Below are positions 33,260 through 35,279 of a DNA stretch of 35,279 nucleotides, piece after piece; the stretch's first letter is position 1, and every line of letters begins with the position of its first letter. Both the position numbers and the translations under genes were made by a program. Source of the stretch: a virus (lineage: Duplodnaviria; Caudoviricetes); the IMG/VR virus record IMGVR_UViG_3300037487_001052, positions 1-35,279 of that record; one strand, written 5' to 3'. The notes under the pieces are model-generated. The model was not told the DNA's origin. It did no database searches and saw nothing but the letters and a program-made list of their open reading frames with translations.

Positions 33260-33287
33260 AGTATACGCGGCCGCATCACGGTGTCTA
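33260..33287 (-). promoter_or_regulatory. Sigma70-like leaderless promoter
   Basis: TAGACA (33287-33282), 16 nt, TATACT (33265-33260), 6 nt, ATG; no SD sequence. Confidence 0.7.
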
Positions 33288-33299
33288 GGGGGCGCGGTG

Positions 33300-33731
33300 G
33301 GTAGGTGGGCGGTTGCGATGCGGTTTCCCGCATCGATTCAATCCCCGATCCGCAGCCGTCGCTGCCCCTGCCGGCGGCCATGCTCCCTCGCTTCGCTCAG
33401 GACGCTGCGAGGCGCTTCGCGCCCCGTCAATCCGCCCCGGGCAGGGCGTTCAGTTCGCATGGTGAGCGCAGAGGGAGCGTGACCCATCTCTGGGCCACGT
33501 TCGACCAGCCCGCACGGAGCCGCGCTTTCGGTCGATGCCACGAGTTTCACCATTTCGCTGGAGGACTGCCAGCCACCGCCCTCGTGGGGGAGTGCGCCTT
33601 GCGGCGGCGCAGGGTAGGGTCACCAGGTCCCTGCGTCTACATCCATGCTCCCCTACCGCGCCGGGAGCGTCGTGCGGCATTCTTGACCCTGGGGTCACCT
33701 TCGCTAGAATGCAGGCGGTACGAGATTAGCG
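33300..33731 (-). ncRNA. Candidate large structured RNA or ssDNA origin element
   Basis: At least six stems, with GAAA, GAGA and GCAA tetraloops and G-U pairs on the minus strand. TTGCAT-18-TATGAT lies upstream (33767-33738). Confidence 0.45.
33683..33710 (+). promoter_or_regulatory. Sigma70-like promoter overlapped by a palindrome
   Basis: TTGACC, 16 nt, TAGAAT; inverted repeat TGACCC-TG-GGGTCA at 33684-33697. Confidence 0.65.
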
Positions 33732-33780
33732 GCTGGCATCATAGCGGTCACCCCCCGAACGATGCAAGCAGATTCTGCAG

Positions 33781-33812
33781 GCGACCGCGAGGCTCTCGCG
33801 GTCGTTCTGTTT
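33781..33812 (+). terminator. Intrinsic terminator ending an ~95-nt transcript
   Basis: GCGACCGCGAG-GCT-CTCGCGGTCGT followed by TCTGTTT. Confidence 0.6.
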
Positions 33813-33832
33813 CCCGTGCGTACAATGTGGGT

Positions 33833-34045
33833 ACGTAGTCGGCTCTCGGGCAGCGCGAGCTTCGGCTTGCGCCCCCCGCGGACCCGTGCTACGCTCCGGG
33901 CATCCGGCGTGCCTCTCTGACGAGGCGAGGCGGCTTGTGCCGCTAAGCGCGGCGCGACCGGATGCCTAGGTGCCACGGACGGCACCTTCTTCGACCCCCG
34001 GAAGCCGCCCCGTGTAGACGCAAGTCCGCGGGGCGGTTTCGTTCG
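33833..34045 (+). ncRNA. Candidate structured RNA of about 210 nt
   Basis: TACAAT at 33821-33826; cUUCGg hairpin 33853-33872; stem 33899-33913/33951-33966; hairpin 33968-33987; terminal hairpin 34001-34040. Confidence 0.45.
34001..34045 (+). terminator. Terminator-like hairpin
   Basis: GAAGCCGCCCCG...GAC-GCAA-GTC...CGGGGCGGTTTC followed by GTTCGTAT. Confidence 0.55.
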
Positions 34046-34133
34046 TATGTGAGCGAATCCGCTACACCTGTGTAGTTCTGTAGTCACGTCGCTCCATGAC
34101 TAGCACATTCGTCACGTGTGTATACTCGCCAGT

Positions 34134-34934
34134 ATGAGCCCATATCGCGTCGAGCCGCCGTTCCTCTTGTCGTTCAGCGGAGGTCGCACGAGCGGCTACC
34201 TCGTGCGCCACGTCCTTGATGCGTGGGGCGGCACGCTGCCGGAAGGAGGCCATGTCATGTTTGCGAACACCGGGCGAGAGCATTCCGCAACGCTCGACTT
34301 CGTGCGGCATGTCGAGGAGGCATGGTGCCCGGTGACGTGGGTTGAGTACCGAAACGACGTTACGGGCTTTGCAGAGGTGACGCACGCGACTGCGGCCCGT
34401 GACGGAGAACCGTTTTCGGAGGTCATCAAGAAGCGCAAGTGGCTTCCAAGTCCCGTCCAACGATTTTGCACGACCGACATGAAGGTCGTGCCCATGCGGA
34501 AGGCCATACAGGCGCGAGGACACCTGGAATACACAACCATACTTGGCTTGCGTGCGGACGAGGAGCGCCGGGTCGCCAAGTTGCGAAACGACCCGGATCG
34601 TGACATCTCGATGCCATTGGCTGATGCCAAGGTCACACGAGAAGACGTGCTAGCTTGGTGGAAGCGCCAGCCGTTTGACCTTCGGCTTCCCAACGACGAT
34701 CCTGCCTTTGGGAACTGCGACCTGTGCTTCTTGAAGGGCATGGCTCGGATTGAGCGCGTCATCCGCGCAGAACCGGAGCGAGCGACGTGGTGGAGCAGCG
34801 AGGAAGCCGCTCGCGGGTCGCGCTTTCGAAAAGATCGACCGGCCTACGCGCAGATACTCACGCAGATCACGCTGCAGGGAGAACTGTTCCAGCACCTTGA
34901 TGACACAACTATCCCGTGCGATTGCACGGAATAG
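34134..34934 (+). CDS. PAPS-reductase-like (PP-loop adenine nucleotide alpha hydrolase) protein
   Basis: SFSGGRTS PP-loop, FANTGRE, RFCT, GLRADE, GNCDLCFLK and terminal PCDC. ATG 34134 lies 7 nt after TATACT. Confidence 0.85.
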   Translation: MSPYRVEPPFLLSFSGGRTSGYLVRHVLDAWGGTLPEGGHVMFANTGREHSATLDFVRHVEEAWCPVTWVEYRNDVTGFAEVTHATAARDGEPFSEVIKKRKWLPSPVQRFCTTDMKVVPMRKAIQARGHLEYTTILGLRADEERRVAKLRNDPDRDISMPLADAKVTREDVLAWWKRQPFDLRLPNDDPAFGNCDLCFLKGMARIERVIRAEPERATWWSSEEAARGSRFRKDRPAYAQILTQITLQGELFQHLDDTTIPCDCTE

Positions 34935-34935
34935 A

Positions 34936-35279
34936 TCACGAATACTTGTCGTATTGCGAGAGCCAGTAATCGCGCATGGTTTCAATTTGCGCGTACGCAT
35001 TCTTAGCGGCAGTTCGGATTTCGGGATTGCGTGATTTGAGATACTTGGCAAGCCAAGTTCGCAGCATGTAATCGAAATTGTCGTATGCAGAGTGACTCAT
35101 GCCTCTCGCACCGCCTTGAGTGTGCAAGTCGCCCTGTCGAATCTTTTGTTCGACGTATTGCTTGGCTTGTGAATGCCGCTGCCGTGCTTTTGACAAGACC
35201 TGCTCGATATCAGCTAGAATAACTGCGCTAAAAAGTAGTTTATTTGCCGCACGAAGTCGAGCGGCGATTTCGTTGTGAA
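34936..35279 (-). CDS. Hypothetical protein, 5'-truncated at the right edge
   Basis: The frame stays open to the window end (HNEIAARLRAANKLLFSAVILADIEQVLSKARQR...); lower GC. Confidence 0.65.
   Translation of the reverse strand, partial: HNEIAARLRAANKLLFSAVILADIEQVLSKARQRHSQAKQYVEQKIRQGDLHTQGGARGMSHSAYDNFDYMLRTWLAKYLKSRNPEIRTAAKNAYAQIETMRDYWLSQYDKYS

Noticed and set aside
33916-33950. CTGACGAG resembling a hammerhead ribozyme core
   Set aside because: No GAAA after a stem II and no properly placed cleavage triplet.
33305-34087. ORFs 33305-33838 (+), 33704-34087 (-), 33450-33698 (-) and 33338-33553 (-)
   Set aside because: Arg/Pro/Ala-rich, no RBS and no codon bias; they cross predicted terminators and promoters.
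1-35279. tRNA, tmRNA or rRNA genes and alternative genetic code
   Set aside because: No cloverleaf with T-loop consensus found by eye. Genes are intact in the standard code and use TGA, TAG and TAA as stops.

Overview
This window is a high-GC (roughly 65-70% by eye) tailed-phage genome or a near-complete fragment of one. The plus strand carries a short operon at 1779-8009: HTH proteins, a C5 DNA methyltransferase, a CsrA-like protein, RusA, a Bet recombinase and small hypothetical proteins. The minus strand carries a long morphogenesis operon at about 32200-8028: terS, terL, Mu-type DUF935 portal, gpF-like minor head protein, putative head fibre, protease/scaffold, decoration protein, major capsid, Mu gp36/gpG-like neck proteins, tail tube, -1 frameshifting chaperone, a very short tape measure, tail-tip proteins, tail fibre, holin/spanin-like genes and a Cys-rich protein. 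The ends hold a metallophosphoesterase plus HEXXH protein and a PAPS-reductase-like gene. I could not recognise an integrase, replication initiator, primase, helicase, polymerase or endolysin. A Planctomycetota host is a tentative inference. Main observations: (1) the methyltransferase locus is read in two fully overlapping frames, with motifs I-VIII and X in one and motif IX plus four PTPT repeats in the other; (2) an ~880-bp non-coding region (33254-34133) is packed with strand-specific hairpins and opposed promoters and lies where a replication initiator would be expected; (3) a GCGUU-loop hairpin recurs in all three leaders of the plus-strand operon; (4) there are leaderless promoters, a three-start protease gene and an endolysin-less lysis cassette with a u-spanin-like topology. 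All family calls come from motif recognition by eye; no searches were run.
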